From positions 124,001 through 188,000 of the forward strand of contig JASANG010003984.1 of the NCBI GenBank assembly GCA_030248215.1: DNA of 64,000 bases, in the 5' to 3' direction. The number at the start of each line of letters is the position of its first letter. The first letter of the stretch is position 1. The notes beneath the pieces are model-generated. The model was not told where the DNA came from and ran no database searches. It was given only the letters and a program-made list of their open reading frames with translations. The translations under genes were made by a program, and so were the position numbers. This DNA comes from Enoplolaimus lenunculus (Eukaryota). Positions 52,015-64,000 of the stretch are shown piece after piece.

Positions 52015-54394
52015 TCAGTGACGATTTAAAATTCAAAGTAAATAAAATTCAAACCCAGGCCATTCATTAATTGGTTTATATTCGTCACCTATTCGCCCAC
52101 CTGAGCCCTGAAACTTCAATTTTACCCTTCATCATTTATCAAATTAAGTCTTCTACCAGACGCGGGTGTGCCAGGATTTTATTTCGACACAGTATACAAC
52201 TTAATAATTAAAGTGTACTCTACGCAAGCGTAGCGAGAAAATTTTTCTACTCTGTGATCCCGAAGGTTAAAATCATGCAAGAATGCCTGCCTTTTTTCTA
52301 GCAGAATTTTCACAAACGAAACTTTGCCTTCTGCCCGTACCTTGCATACACGACGCCCCAGCTAAGGCATAAACTGGTTGAAGACAACCTCCAAAATAGA
52401 ATCATGGTTGTCGATTTTGACCCAAAAGATTGGGTTTGGCTATAAAATTGAACAAACACTAGAAACCGCATCAGGTTTATATGCCGGTTGTTCTTATAAT
52501 GAAATACGGTCTTTGAATGCGGGCTCGTAGCCAAGGGGGCCCCAGGATGGCTCAGTCCTCCTGGAAAAGTTTTGCCTCCTCTAGAAAAGTTTCAACCTCG
52601 CTTATAACTCATTAAAACCATTGAATGCCCCTGCCAAAAAATTCTTAGCCCCCCTAGCAAGGTGAGCTGGCTACGGGATTGTTTGAATGAAAACCTAATC
52701 CCAAAAACATACATATATATGTCTGTTTTAATGTAACCATTACAAAAAGACCCCAATGTTAATTAAATTTGACAAATAAATCCTATTTCTAAATTTTCGG
52801 ATTTAAATCTCAACCGAATTACCTACCACCCGCTGGCTGCACCACACAGATTGTTAAAATAGAACAAATACGCCTTAGCAATGCCGAATGATATATATGT
52901 ACGTATATATAGTGTTTTTGCAATCAATTTTGTTAATAAACTGTTTCTGTTGTGTTTGCACAAAACTTGATGATGAAATAGCTGCCAATTCGCTTAAACC
53001 ATTTTTGCTGGCAATTTATCTAAAAAGCCCAACAGTAATTCGCACGATTAATATTATTTCAAATTCCTGTTCCTGTTACGGTTGCTGCAAAGAAATTCAA
53101 TTCCTGTTCCTGTTCTGGCATAATTTCAGTTCGACAGAGTATAAACTTGATGTAGGCCCCATTAAAAGTGTTTTTTCGCGCCTATCGAAAAGTTTCAAGA
53201 AATACGCTTTCCCCTAAAAGCTGAGGACATTAATTTTTAAATCCAAAATTTCCCATTGCGAGGATATTTGCGTGTATTTTTGAATTTTTACAACAAGAAT
53301 CTAACTAATATTTCGGTATTTAAACATTATCAACGGCGCTGGTGTTGCTAACAGTACACAAATCAAATTAGCTAAGAATTTACACTGTAACATTTTAACC
53401 ACAACAGGGCTCTTGCTAAGAATTTAGAACAGGGCCACAACAGTAGTAGTATAAGCATATTCCTAAAGCCTAAACGTAACCTCAAACAAAGAAAATTGAT
53501 CTAAAGCTTAAGCTTACTCTATACTGCAGACCCGCAGAACAACGTTCCGCACCTGATCTTTACGTGGGCGAGAATTACAAACATCTATTGAAGGCAGGCT
53601 CGGATAATCATCTAATCGGGCCCTGTAATCAATAAACCACAGGGTGAATGATATATTTCTTCATTCAACATTTACGGACCGCTTGAAGGCAAGGGCATTG
53701 ATGATACGAGCTCACTCGAATCCATCATGATCCGGTCCTATTTAGAGGGCGAGGACTTTCATATGTCAACTCTCGGTCCGCCGACAGTTGCATCCCTGCT
53801 CACATATCTGAGCAACTGCAAAAACCAACTCAACTCTATTTCAAGTCTCAAGCCGGCCACAATTCTGGCGACTACAAAAAACTCAGCAGAATAGCACGAA
53901 TTAGGTATTGTTTTAGAAATAAATTCAAATTTCATCTTGTGCTCAAAAATAAACTCAAATTTCAACTTGGGTTCAAAATATAAAAACAGAAGAGTAATAA
54001 TATAGACGGGTGGTGTGTATACAACGCTGGGGTGAATTACATATATATCCCCTCCAAAAAAAGTTGTGTAGATACGCAAGAAAAATAACACTTTTAACAG
54101 GTTTTCGAATAACCATCAAGATGTTAATGGTCAAATTGGTTTATTCTGCATAACCGTATGCCCCTTTCGAACCGAAATTTTGGACACAAACCTGGTGTAA
54201 TAGTGATCTTTGATCATTTCAAGCCAAAGTTTGCCTGATCCATTTTTAAACTAAAATACCATAGAGCTTTCACCACTGCGCATGCACGAATCAGCAATTA
54301 TATACTCAAAAATAGTTCTGTAAGCACAACTTGAGCGGGCACGGAATATATCGCTTACAAATAATTCATAAGCAACTATCTGCGCTTAAGCTCA

Positions 54395-55102
54395 TAGGCT
54401 TAGGCTTAAGATTAGGTTACAAAGCTTTTAGGCTTCAGCTTAAGATTAGATTACAAAGCTTATAGGCTTAGGCTTAAGATTAGGTTACAAAGCTTTTAGG
54501 CTTCAGCTTAAGATTAGATTACAAAGCTTATAGGCTTAGGCTTAAGATTAGGTTACAAAGCTTTTAGGCTTCAGCTTAAGATTAGATTACAAAGCTTATA
54601 GGCTTAGGCTTAAGATTAGGTTACAAAGCTTTTAGGCTTCAGCTTAAGATTAGATTACAAAGCTTATAGGCTTAGGCTTAAGATTAGGTTACAAAGCTTT
54701 TAGGCTTCAGCTTAAGATTAGATTACAAAACTTTTAGGCTTAGGCTTAAGATTCGATTCCAAAGCTTTTAGGTTTAGGCTTAAGATTAGGTTACAAAGCT
54801 TTTACGCTTAGGCTTAAGATTAGATTACAAAACTTTTAGGCTTAGGCTTAAGATTCGATTCCAAAGCTTTTAGGTTTAGGCTTAAGATTCGATTCCAAAG
54901 CTTTTAGGCTTAGGCTTAAGATTAGATTACAACACTTTTAGGCTTAGGTTTAAGATTCGATTCCAAAGCTTTTAGGTTTAAGCTTAAACATTAGATTACA
55001 AAGCTTTTAGGTTTAGGCTTAAGATTCGATTCCAAAGCTTTTAGGTTTAAGCTTAAGATTTGATGACAAAACTGTTAAGCTTAGGCTTAAAATTAGATTA
55101 CA
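54395..55102. repeat. 34-bp TTAGGC-containing satellite with a 68-bp higher-order dimer
   Basis: Alternating TAGGCTTAGGCTTAAGATTAGGTTACAAAGCTTT and TAGGCTTCAGCTTAAGATTAGATTACAAAGCTTA, ~20 monomers. Confidence 0.95.
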
Positions 55103-58027
55103 ATTAGTTTAAAACTCAAGCTTACGGGTAACTGTTTTTGTAGCATAGAATCGTATCAAAGCAATCACAGTGTCACACAAATCCCCGTATCTTACATGGA
55201 CTTGTTTAAATACATCGTTCTCTCTCAGCATTAGGGTAACTTGAACAACGTCTACAAGCATTTAGACCATACACCTTTAATCAGTGGTTATATTTTGCTA
55301 ACCAAAATATCGCTAAGATTGCAACTAGAAATCTTCGACCGACTCGAGCCCAAAAAACTTTGACAGCCATTAAAACAATTCCACGGTAAAAATATTTTCT
55401 TAGCACCTTAGTCGAATTCTGAGTGGGAAATGGGTAAGGATTTCTTAGCCGACCCGCGCTTTACCCACACAAACAAGATTTTTTCAACCGACCCACAATT
55501 TACCCGCGCCTGAAGTCAAACCTGTATCTTAAAGATCGCTGGTGATTCGCGGTTTAATGAAGTTTTGCGATATAGCTTCAATGAATTTTACAAAACAAAT
55601 ATTACTAGAAACAACAAAATTACAAACCCAGCTCAAGAAAGATACGGAGTGCACCTGACCAGAAATTTCTACCTTAAAACTGTAAAGTTTGCCACGGGTA
55701 AAAACTGTAAATTTTTTTACTCGCATGATAAAAATCGTTACACGCGAGTATACTCGAGTCTGAAATTCGTTACCCGACCCACGTTTACCCACGGGTAAGC
55801 GCGGGTACCCGTGGATAATGCTCCATTCTGATTTGGTAATATGCTTGCTCCATCGTCGAAGAGTTGCTGACTACGGCGCTGTTGTAACCTTTATTGGCTT
55901 TCAATTAAATTAACTTAACCTGTAATAACCACAAAAACCCACAATACCGGCCCCAATTTAGCTTTCGAAATTAGGCAACATAAGAATATAATAATAAATT
56001 TAAACTTATTTCAAAAAAAATATCTCAAAAGATACTCAATAAAACACGAAGACATCGAGCATTTAATCTAAATTGTTCGGCTTTTGCCCGACCCACTCTG
56101 TCGTTTAGGGTTGTCAGCGCTGAAGTTACGACCGACGCTCGACAACTGCGACCAATTCTTTCACCGGTTAGCGAAGTTTCGTACGGCTAAAGATGTTCGA
56201 TAAACAGTAAAAAACCACCAGAGAGCACTCTATGCTAATTAATTCTAAGTTGAGTCGGCTGAAACGGTTTCTCTTCAGGGTTTAGATATAACGATCAACA
56301 ACCTCTCACAGAGTGAAAATATGGTAATAGCTGGTACAAACAATAAGGGTCTGTGTGGAATTATTGTTAAGCGAAGCTAAAATGCTAGCCGGGGGGGCGA
56401 GGCGAAAAAAGGTCTAACGGGACTAAGCCACACGCCAGTCCAGCCGCCCCCTGGTTACAAACACAACTCTTTCGTATTCTCAAATGTGTGTAGCACCCAA
56501 TCATCAAATGGTAGTAAATTGTGTAAGCTTTAAACCAGAGAATATCGGGTACAATTGTTAGGTTAAACTCACCCTACGACTCGGTTTGAATTTCAGTTCA
56601 ATAACTGTCGTGGTTCGTTTGGTTTACAGACTATTGGCAGGGTACAACCGGAAGTCTGTTTCCGGATCCGGCATAAAATCGATCTCCGGTAGAATTTCTG
56701 CCGAGATTCCGGCAATTGCGATAGTGAAATTTTACATAGTTTTACATAATCTATTTGTTCGGCGCGTTTTGTTTGAACTTTTTTGATACTATTTTGAGGA
56801 AAGAATTTCTGAAATTTCGTGAAAAATATGCGCCAAACCAAAACGATTTAACAACACTTTACAGACATTCGCTAAAATTAGCTAAATTAAACACCATTTC
56901 ATCTACATAATTTCGCGTCACCTCGAGTTTCACCTCCGGTTCCAGCCAACCGTTGGATCCAGATAATTTTGAACCCCAAAACCTGATACCCGATTTAGAT
57001 CCGCCGCAGCTAAGATATAAATCAGGCATCCGCATTGCGACTTTAAAGGTTAATATATTTATGATGTTGTCAACATTGTATCATCATGACAACTCATCGA
57101 CCGACAACTTGTAATCCGAAATTTCGTCAACTCTACAATTCGTCGACCAATTTGTACGCTTAGGCTTACGATTCCTTTAGGATATGCTTAGATTTATTAA
57201 TAGGTTTTAGGACAATGTTGGGCGACAAGTGATATGTTTCAGCATAAGTTCCACCATCCAGCATGGTTCAAAGGTAGACTACTGCCTTGACACACGTTAA
57301 ATACAACAGGTAAAATATTTAAAATATCAGTGAATAATTTTGACTTGAGATGTGACACGACAACTCCGTAGCTACACGTATGGTTCATTGGTTCACTGAT
57401 TTTAAAACCATATAAACCAAAACTAAAATAGGTGAAACGTATACAATTGCCTGACTCGGAATAATTTACCCCTTAAATTTGTAATAGTCTTCGGTGAGGC
57501 CGGGGGGTGGGATGGCGGGCTGTGGACACAGAGCTGAAACGTAAATTTATAAACAAGCAAATAGTTTGTTTATTTATATTTCGCAAAATTTTAAACTAAA
57601 CTAAAAGTGTTGTTACTTTCTTCTAGCAACCGCTACATATTGTGTTATTATGCTCACGTCCAAAAAAATCAATTTTTGCAGTTATACTTATTCCGAAACG
57701 AAATGCTGATCAAGCCCATGATCAAAGAACACACTTCTGCAATTGAACAGCCAAAATTTAAACTAAAATTAATATTTAAAACCACTGAACCAGTCGAAAC
57801 GGCTTATTAGAAAGGTTTTGGATAAAGGTATTATACTCCTACAGACAGGCCAATAGTTCCCTCAACATGATCGACTGGGTCTTCCTAAACAGAAAGAAAC
57901 AATTGCCACCCTTACTATATATGTGGGCGAACTTTTCTTATATATGAAATTATCGCTTGTGTGGGTGAAAGGAAAACGAAATAAGTTCCCTCGTGACCTG
58001 CTCTGATCATTCCAAGCTTAAGTTAAA

Positions 58028-58243
58028 TATATAATACATATATTATATATATATTAATATATTTATATATATATATTTATATATACATATATAAATAAAT
58101 ATATATAAATATATATAAAGATATAAATATATATATAAATATATATAAATGTATATATATATATATATAAATATATATATAAATATATATAAATATATAT
58201 ATATATATAAATATATATAAAAATATATATACATATATATAAA
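58028..58243. repeat. (TA)n-rich low-complexity tract
   Basis: Direct reading. Similar tracts at 24890-25020, 38790-38880 (TAA) and 60540-60830. Confidence 0.9.
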
Positions 58244-58614
58244 CATGACCATTCCAAGTCCAGATAGTTACAAATAATATCTTACTTAGTTTAAATATTT
58301 ACATGTCAAACTTATAAGGTTCCTAAAACAAGCACAAGTATTTTAAGGTATCCAACAGCGCCTTCGCGGCCTGGTGCCGGTACCTCAGGTACATTGGCCC
58401 CGGCACATATGTGCAAGACAGTGCAGATGCAATCGCCTGCGTTCTTGCAACAAATTTTCACATACACCGGTATACAGAGTAAAAATATTGCTTAATAGAG
58501 TCACAGTTACATCCTGTTACGCGTTTGGTTGTAAAGTTTCACTTACAGTCTAACTTAATATTTTGCTGACGCCCATTTACGGCTAATGTACAAAAATTTT
58601 AAATAAATGCTTAC

Positions 58615-58709
58615 CTTAGCAAAACAATTCGAAAAACATTGCTACGAATCGATTTAATTATTGCTGTCGCATTTAAATGACTTCGACCGCTGAGTACCAT
58701 TCCGTTAAT
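58615..58709 (-). CDS. mpz-1: Multi-PDZ protein exon
   Basis: INGMVLSGRSHLNATAIIKSIRSNVFRIVLLR completes the PDZ. TTTCAG acceptor, GTAAGC donor. Confidence 0.92.
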
Positions 58710-59002
58710 CTGAAACATTTAAAAATAATAGTAATTTGTTAGCTAACACAGTTTTTAAAAATAATAGCAATTTCTTAGCTAGCGCATTTTTTAAAAATTA
58801 ATAGTAATTTCTTAGCTAACACATTTTTTAAAAATAATAGTAATTTGTTAGCTAACACATTTTTCAAAAGTACATACGAATTCGAAATTACAACTGCACC
58901 TTGCTTGTAACAAATTTTTGACCGCGAAACGAAATTATTGCAGGATTTAAATGTTGCAGAAAATAAATGTGCAAAAATCAAATGAATAATATCGAAACTT
59001 AC

Positions 59003-59109
59003 CTCAAGCAATTCATCAGCAACTTGTATCTGCCCACAAATGTCAGCAGGACTTCCAGGCGAAACACCCACAACGAACACAGACAATTTCGAAGTATCTT
59101 TGTTGCCAG
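59003..59109 (-). CDS. mpz-1: Multi-PDZ protein exon
   Basis: AGNKDTSKLSVFVVGVSPGSPADICGQIQVADELLE. Canonical AG/GT, phases match neighbours. Confidence 0.93.
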
Positions 59110-59524
59110 CTAAAATAAGAAAATAAAAATTAAAATTTAACATAAAATAACAAACAGTTTCGAAAAATAAATAAAAAAGATTAAAACGATCAAAACATAT
59201 TGCTTGCGAGTAAAAAGGCGGTATTCACAATGGACTAGCAACGTATACATCACAATCTATATCAACGGAGAACTGAAATCTAAAAGTGAGCCCATAGCCA
59301 GAGGGGGCCAGGGGCTGAGTCTCTCCTGGATGAATTGGCCCCCTCCAGAAAATTTTCAACCTTAATTGTATGTATTTTGTAAGTTATCGAAAACCCTTGA
59401 ATGTCGATCCTGAAAACTGTTTAGCCCCCCTATCAAGCTGAGCTGGCTAATTGGCTATGGGCCATTTTGGCAAATTCCTGCAAAGAAAATAAAGCAAACA
59501 GGAAACAACCGAAAGTCTGCAGTC

Positions 59525-59910
59525 GGCGCCGGCTCCGGTTTAAAATCGACTGGCGGCTCCAGTTGAAATTCGACTGGCGGCTCCGGTTGAAAATCGACCG
59601 GCGGCTCCGGTTAAAATTCGACTGGCGGCTCCAGTTGAAATTCGACTGGTGGCTCCGGTTAAAATTCGACTGGTGGCTCCGGTTAAAATTCGACTGGCGG
59701 CTCCGGTTAAAAATCGACTTGCAGTTCCGGTTAAAATTCGACGGGCGGCTCCGGTTAAAATTCAACTGGCGGCTCCGGTTGAAAATCGACTTGCAACTCC
59801 GGTTGAAATTCGACTGGCGGCTCCGGTTAAAATTCGACTGGTGACTCCGGTTTAAAATCGACTGACGGCTCCGGTTGAAAATCGACTGGCGGCTCCGGTT
59901 GAAAATCAAC
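59525..59910. repeat. 24-bp minisatellite, ~16 copies
   Basis: Unit CGACTGGCGGCTCCGGTTAAAATT. Explains the 8-aa repeat ORFs on both strands. Confidence 0.95.
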
Positions 59911-59971
59911 TTGTACCTCTGGCTTCCATATTTTTGGTTTCTGGTCGCACAATTTAACCGTGTCTACTTAC

Positions 59972-60121
59972 CGAGTGAAATTCCCAATTCTGAAGGCCGA
60001 GGTGTTGGATCGTTTGATGTTGGCACAAATGCCGGTCGCTCGATTGTAACTAAATGCAACTCGCCAATGATGTTGCCCTCTGAGTCTTGAGTTAATTCGG
60101 CATATCGGCGGTATATTTTTT
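59972..60121 (-). CDS. mpz-1: Multi-PDZ protein, most 5' exon identified (start of PDZ8-equivalent)
   Basis: TTTCAG acceptor, GTAAGT donor. KIYRRYAEL..GELHLVTIE..LGISL resembles MPDZ ERYGTLTGELHMIELEK..LGLSL (from recall). Confidence 0.88.
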
Positions 60122-61971
60122 CTGAAATTAAAACAACAAAAATTGTGAGTTTCATTAAAAAATTGAAAAATACGTTGAAACAATAATGTCTGCCGGCTGT
60201 CGTAGGATTTTGCCAAAATTTACCACTGCGCTTAGGATTAGGTTTAGAAAAAAGCTGTAGACAGCGCGTAGAAATCATTTCCTTAGCCAACGTCTAAGGC
60301 TTAACCTTAAATATCGAAGAGAGTGTACAAGCGCAGCTTCACCTTAAACTTAAAGTGTTTACTTTAACAAATAGACAAACAAGCAATCATAGCTGTGCTT
60401 TTTAAATTCCAATACTCAAAAATATATTGAAATATGTCATTATATCAAATTACAGTACAACGTAGGTTGTTAGACCCGCATAGCCAAAAGGACAGTGCAG
60501 GAATTACACCCCTTCCTAAAAAGTTTTCCACCTGCATGAGAAATTAAATTTTTTAAATTTAAATAATATTTTTAAACTAAAAAAATTAAACATTATTATT
60601 TAAATTAAAAAAATATTTTTTTAATTTAAAAAATTTAAAAAATTGTTTAAATTAATAAAATATTTTTTTTAAAAAAATATTTTTTTAAATTCAAAAAATA
60701 TTTATTAAATTATAAAAAAAATAAAAAATATTTAAATTTGAAAAAATATTCTTTAAATTAAAAAACTTAAAAAAACATTATTTAAATTCAAATATATTTT
60801 TTTAATTTAAAACAATTTAAGAAATATTTTTTAAATTTACAAAATATTTTTCAAATCCAGTCACTTCACAATATGGACTCGATTTTAAAATTTTTTCGCT
60901 CCAATTAATGCTCTTTGAAAGCCGAAACCCACCTAACTCATCCAAAAGCTGCTGTTGTTTAATTAAATTCATAACATTTAATATTAGTCCGTTTTCAGTT
61001 GACTTTTCATGGTTTTTAACACCATTCAGCGTGTTACACATACATTCCAGTGATACCTCGTCACACTGAATCATAATCTAGCAGATTTTACATTTTTCTA
61101 ATTACTAAGCTATTTATGACTAGATTTTCTATCTAACAATTCGAACTTAAGTTGAGTTCAATCATTGATAAGCTTTCTAGTAAACTGAAATTATTGATAA
61201 AATATCTGACGTGGACGTCGGGTTTAAAATTTAAAACATGAATAACAAGAATAGTAATTATTTAAATGTTTTGAGCAGGGCGCAAAGCGGAACTGGATTA
61301 TACTGAAATCGGGATCGGAATCGGAACAGCAAATTTATACCGTGGATCGTATTCGAAATCAGAATCGGAACTACAAATTTTGTGACTATACGGAAAATTT
61401 GTATTAACAAGTATAATATTGATTTAGGGTGTCTGCTGGCCGGCAACGATTCTCTAAAACGTCGCATGAACAAATTGGCAATCATTTTTTGGATCTGTAA
61501 AACTAAACTACAATCAATTAATGATAAGTTAACGCATCGAAAACAATTTAATCCATAAATGATGCAAAAGCATTCTAAGAAATTTCTGGTTCAGCAACGA
61601 TGTCGAAGCTTCAAAGTTGAACTTAGCAAAAATAGTACAGAATTATTAGGTTTCAAATTTTGCCCCTAAGCCCTATCAGAAATTTGTTTACTTCAAATAC
61701 GATATGATGACAGGGTTTCTAAAATCTTACTTAAGTATTTACAAAAGCTATGTCTACTAAATAATTACTTAAGTTTTGCAATTTCAGTAAGACCAAGGTT
61801 TGTATACCTGAACGGTTAACTTGAAACCTATCAGATTTAGTTAGCGGCTTAAGTATAACTTAAGTATGCTTTTTAAAACAAAATGGCCAAGTAATTACTT
61901 ACCACGTACTTAAGTACCAGGTGATGCTTAAGTAGGGTTTCAGAAACCCAGCCAATGTGTTATACGATATC

Positions 61972-62147
61972 ACGACAATTCGTCTCCCGACAACTTGTAA
62001 TCCGAAATTTCATCGACTCGACAATTAATTACCCATCATTATACTTAGGGCTTAGGCTTTTAGGATAACGCGTAGGATTATGATCAGATTTATTCAATGG
62101 CTTCAGGACACTGTAGAGCGACAAGTTGTCGGCGGACGAATTGTCGT
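61972..62147. mobile_element. ACGACAATTCGTC-TIR MITE family with a degenerate TTAGGC core
   Basis: TIR ACGACAATTCGTC..GACAACTTGT. Related copies at ~33588-33736, 49778-49957, 51364-51542 and 57090-57230. Confidence 0.7.
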
Positions 62148-63195
62148 AGATTCGTTTTATACAGCATGACTCTCGCGTATTGATCAACTGGTAATTTCGT
62201 CCAGTCACAGTTGCAGTATACACAACTGACATTGAAATGTGTTCAATCAACCCTGGCTACGTTGAAAAAACCTCAAAAATAAATAAATTTTGCTGTTATA
62301 CGGGTAATAAACGCAATGAATTTATCTTTATTTTTCGTTAAATTAAAAGGCATAGCGCCGTAAAAACGATGCTAAAACCACTGTCATCAATACACCTATC
62401 AATGTGCATTTCTACCGATGTTTGTGCGGTATCATTACAATTTGAAATTGAGCCAGAATAGCAGTTTGACCTACGACATATCTATTTTCTGTACTGAACA
62501 TCTACTTTATCCCCGTTGTCACCGGCGTTGTTTTAAAATATCATGAATATTACAGTTGTCACCGGGGCTTCCTCAAATAACAACTGTAATGTTCAGGATA
62601 TTTTAAACTCTTATTAATGAAACAAAAAACTGTACTTTCAACCAATAATATTATAAGAAAAAAGTAGTTGTACGAAATTTTGCCCAAACAACCAATCAGA
62701 TTTTAGTTTGCAAAGAAGTTGCACGAATTTTTTGTCCAAATCACCAATCAGATTTTAGAATGCAAAGAAGTAGTACAAATCTTTTGTCCAAACCACCAAT
62801 CAGATTTTAGCTTGCTTTGAAATAAATTTGTTCCAGGTGTTCGAACAACTATTGGAGTTTGGAATGAAATCTACTCCACGTCAAAAAATTAACCTGGAAA
62901 AACTTCAAAATATTTCAAAAGTTTTTAAAAATTTCACTACCGAAACTCATTATTTGGCTCCTGGGTGCAATCATCTACAAATAACAAACTATAAATTTGT
63001 TTGCACGCGAAGTTTGAAAATTTAAATTTTCACGCGAAATTTGAAAATTTAAATTTTGGTGCGAAATTTGAAAATTTAAGTATTCACTTGAAAATTTAAA
63101 TTATCATGCGAAATTTGAAATTTTAACTTTTGACGCAAAATTTGAAAATTGAAAATTTAAATTTTTACTTGAAAAACCCACCCTTTTTAACTAGT

Positions 63196-63224
63196 CCCTC
63201 ACCCACCCACCCACCCCCTCACCC

Positions 63225-63287
<63 letters not shown>

Positions 63288-63474
63288 ACCCAACCCCCCG
63301 CCCCCACCCCCCCCCCCCCACCCACTCCACCCCACCACCACACCCCCCCACCCCCCCCCCACCCCCCAACCACAACAATACCAACCACCCACCACAACCA
63401 ATCAACCCCACCCCCCCCCCAAAACCACCCACCCCCCCCCCCCCCCCCCCCACCCCCAAACCCCCCAAAACAAA

Positions 63475-63543
<69 letters not shown>
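63196..63543. repeat. Poly-C/CA-rich tract followed by poly-A (probable low-quality sequence)
   Basis: ~60-nt C run and ~68-nt A run, embedded in a degenerate ~24-bp AAATTTGAAAATTT repeat (63010-63600). Confidence 0.75.
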
Positions 63544-63544
<1 letters not shown>

Positions 63545-64000
63545 ACCATTTAAATTTTCACGCCAAATTTGAAAATTTAAACTTTCACGTGACTTTAAAA
63601 TTAACAACACAGATAAGTAGAGAATTACAGAAGCAGTAAGTATTTGGAAATCCGTGTAATCCTGTATATGAAGGCGAATTGTGCGTCATGTGACATTTCG
63701 AAAAGTGCCAAAACCAAAACAAACCTAAATTTCATTATTTTAACTAATCCTGACCAGGGTAATCTACAAACATTTGTTACAATCATTTTTCTCATGTTCA
63801 CTTTCATCCACATTTACGTTCAAGATTTGGAAGCCTAAACCTTTTGCCTAAGCCTAAGCCTTAAACTTAAATGTGAGGGAAAAGTGTACAAATGTCGGTG
63901 GTATTTTAAGTAATTTTACAAAAAACCATATATTCTTCAACTGGTGAAAAATGCTACACAAATACTAACCTATCGGTTGTACTAAAAATAGATATTGTCC

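Noticed and set aside
57838..57885. Possible extra PDZ-gene exon (minus acceptor TGTTTAG|GAAG)
   Set aside because: In the required phase it reaches TAG with no convincing donor, and 58615 joins 48595 in frame without it.
58043..58257. IY-repeat ORFs
   Set aside because: Translation of a (TA)n microsatellite.
59433..59909. 158-aa and 125-aa repeat ORFs (NRSRQSNF / RLRLKFDW)
   Set aside because: Translation of an intronic 24-bp minisatellite that is open on both strands simply because the unit is a multiple of 3.
63130..63639. Poly-Pro/poly-Lys and poly-Gly/Phe ORFs; possible G-quadruplex or extensin-like gene
   Set aside because: They come from homopolymer C and A runs inside an AT-rich repeat. 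This is typical of low-quality sequence, and there is no splice or codon evidence.

Overview
AT-rich, repeat-dense eukaryotic genomic DNA. It is most likely from a nematode with a large genome: (TTAGGC)n repeats are abundant, TTTCAG splice acceptors are common, and the PDZ sequences resemble nematode MPZ-1. Two convergent spliced genes are supported. (1) A divergent 5-exon MFS sugar-porter (GLUT/SLC2A-like) gene on + (721-5794) with signs of decay: a TT-AG first intron and a C-terminal PETKG-like tail cut off by two TAA codons. (2) The 3' part of a multi-PDZ scaffold gene (MPDZ/MUPP1/mpz-1-like) on -, with 18 phase-consistent exons from 60121 to the stop at 9790 encoding six PDZ domains, and introns up to ~15 kb. 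Its 5' end was not found. Introns and intergenic DNA are packed with non-autonomous DNA transposons (CACTG/TA, hAT-like with 8-bp TSD, Kolobok-like, piggyBac-like), tRNA-derived fragments and minisatellites. The most notable structure is a multi-subfamily group of GGCC-ended MITEs with 8-bp TSDs that carry an oriented internal block of the nematode telomeric hexamer. No transposase was recognised. Most short ORFs in the track are spurious.
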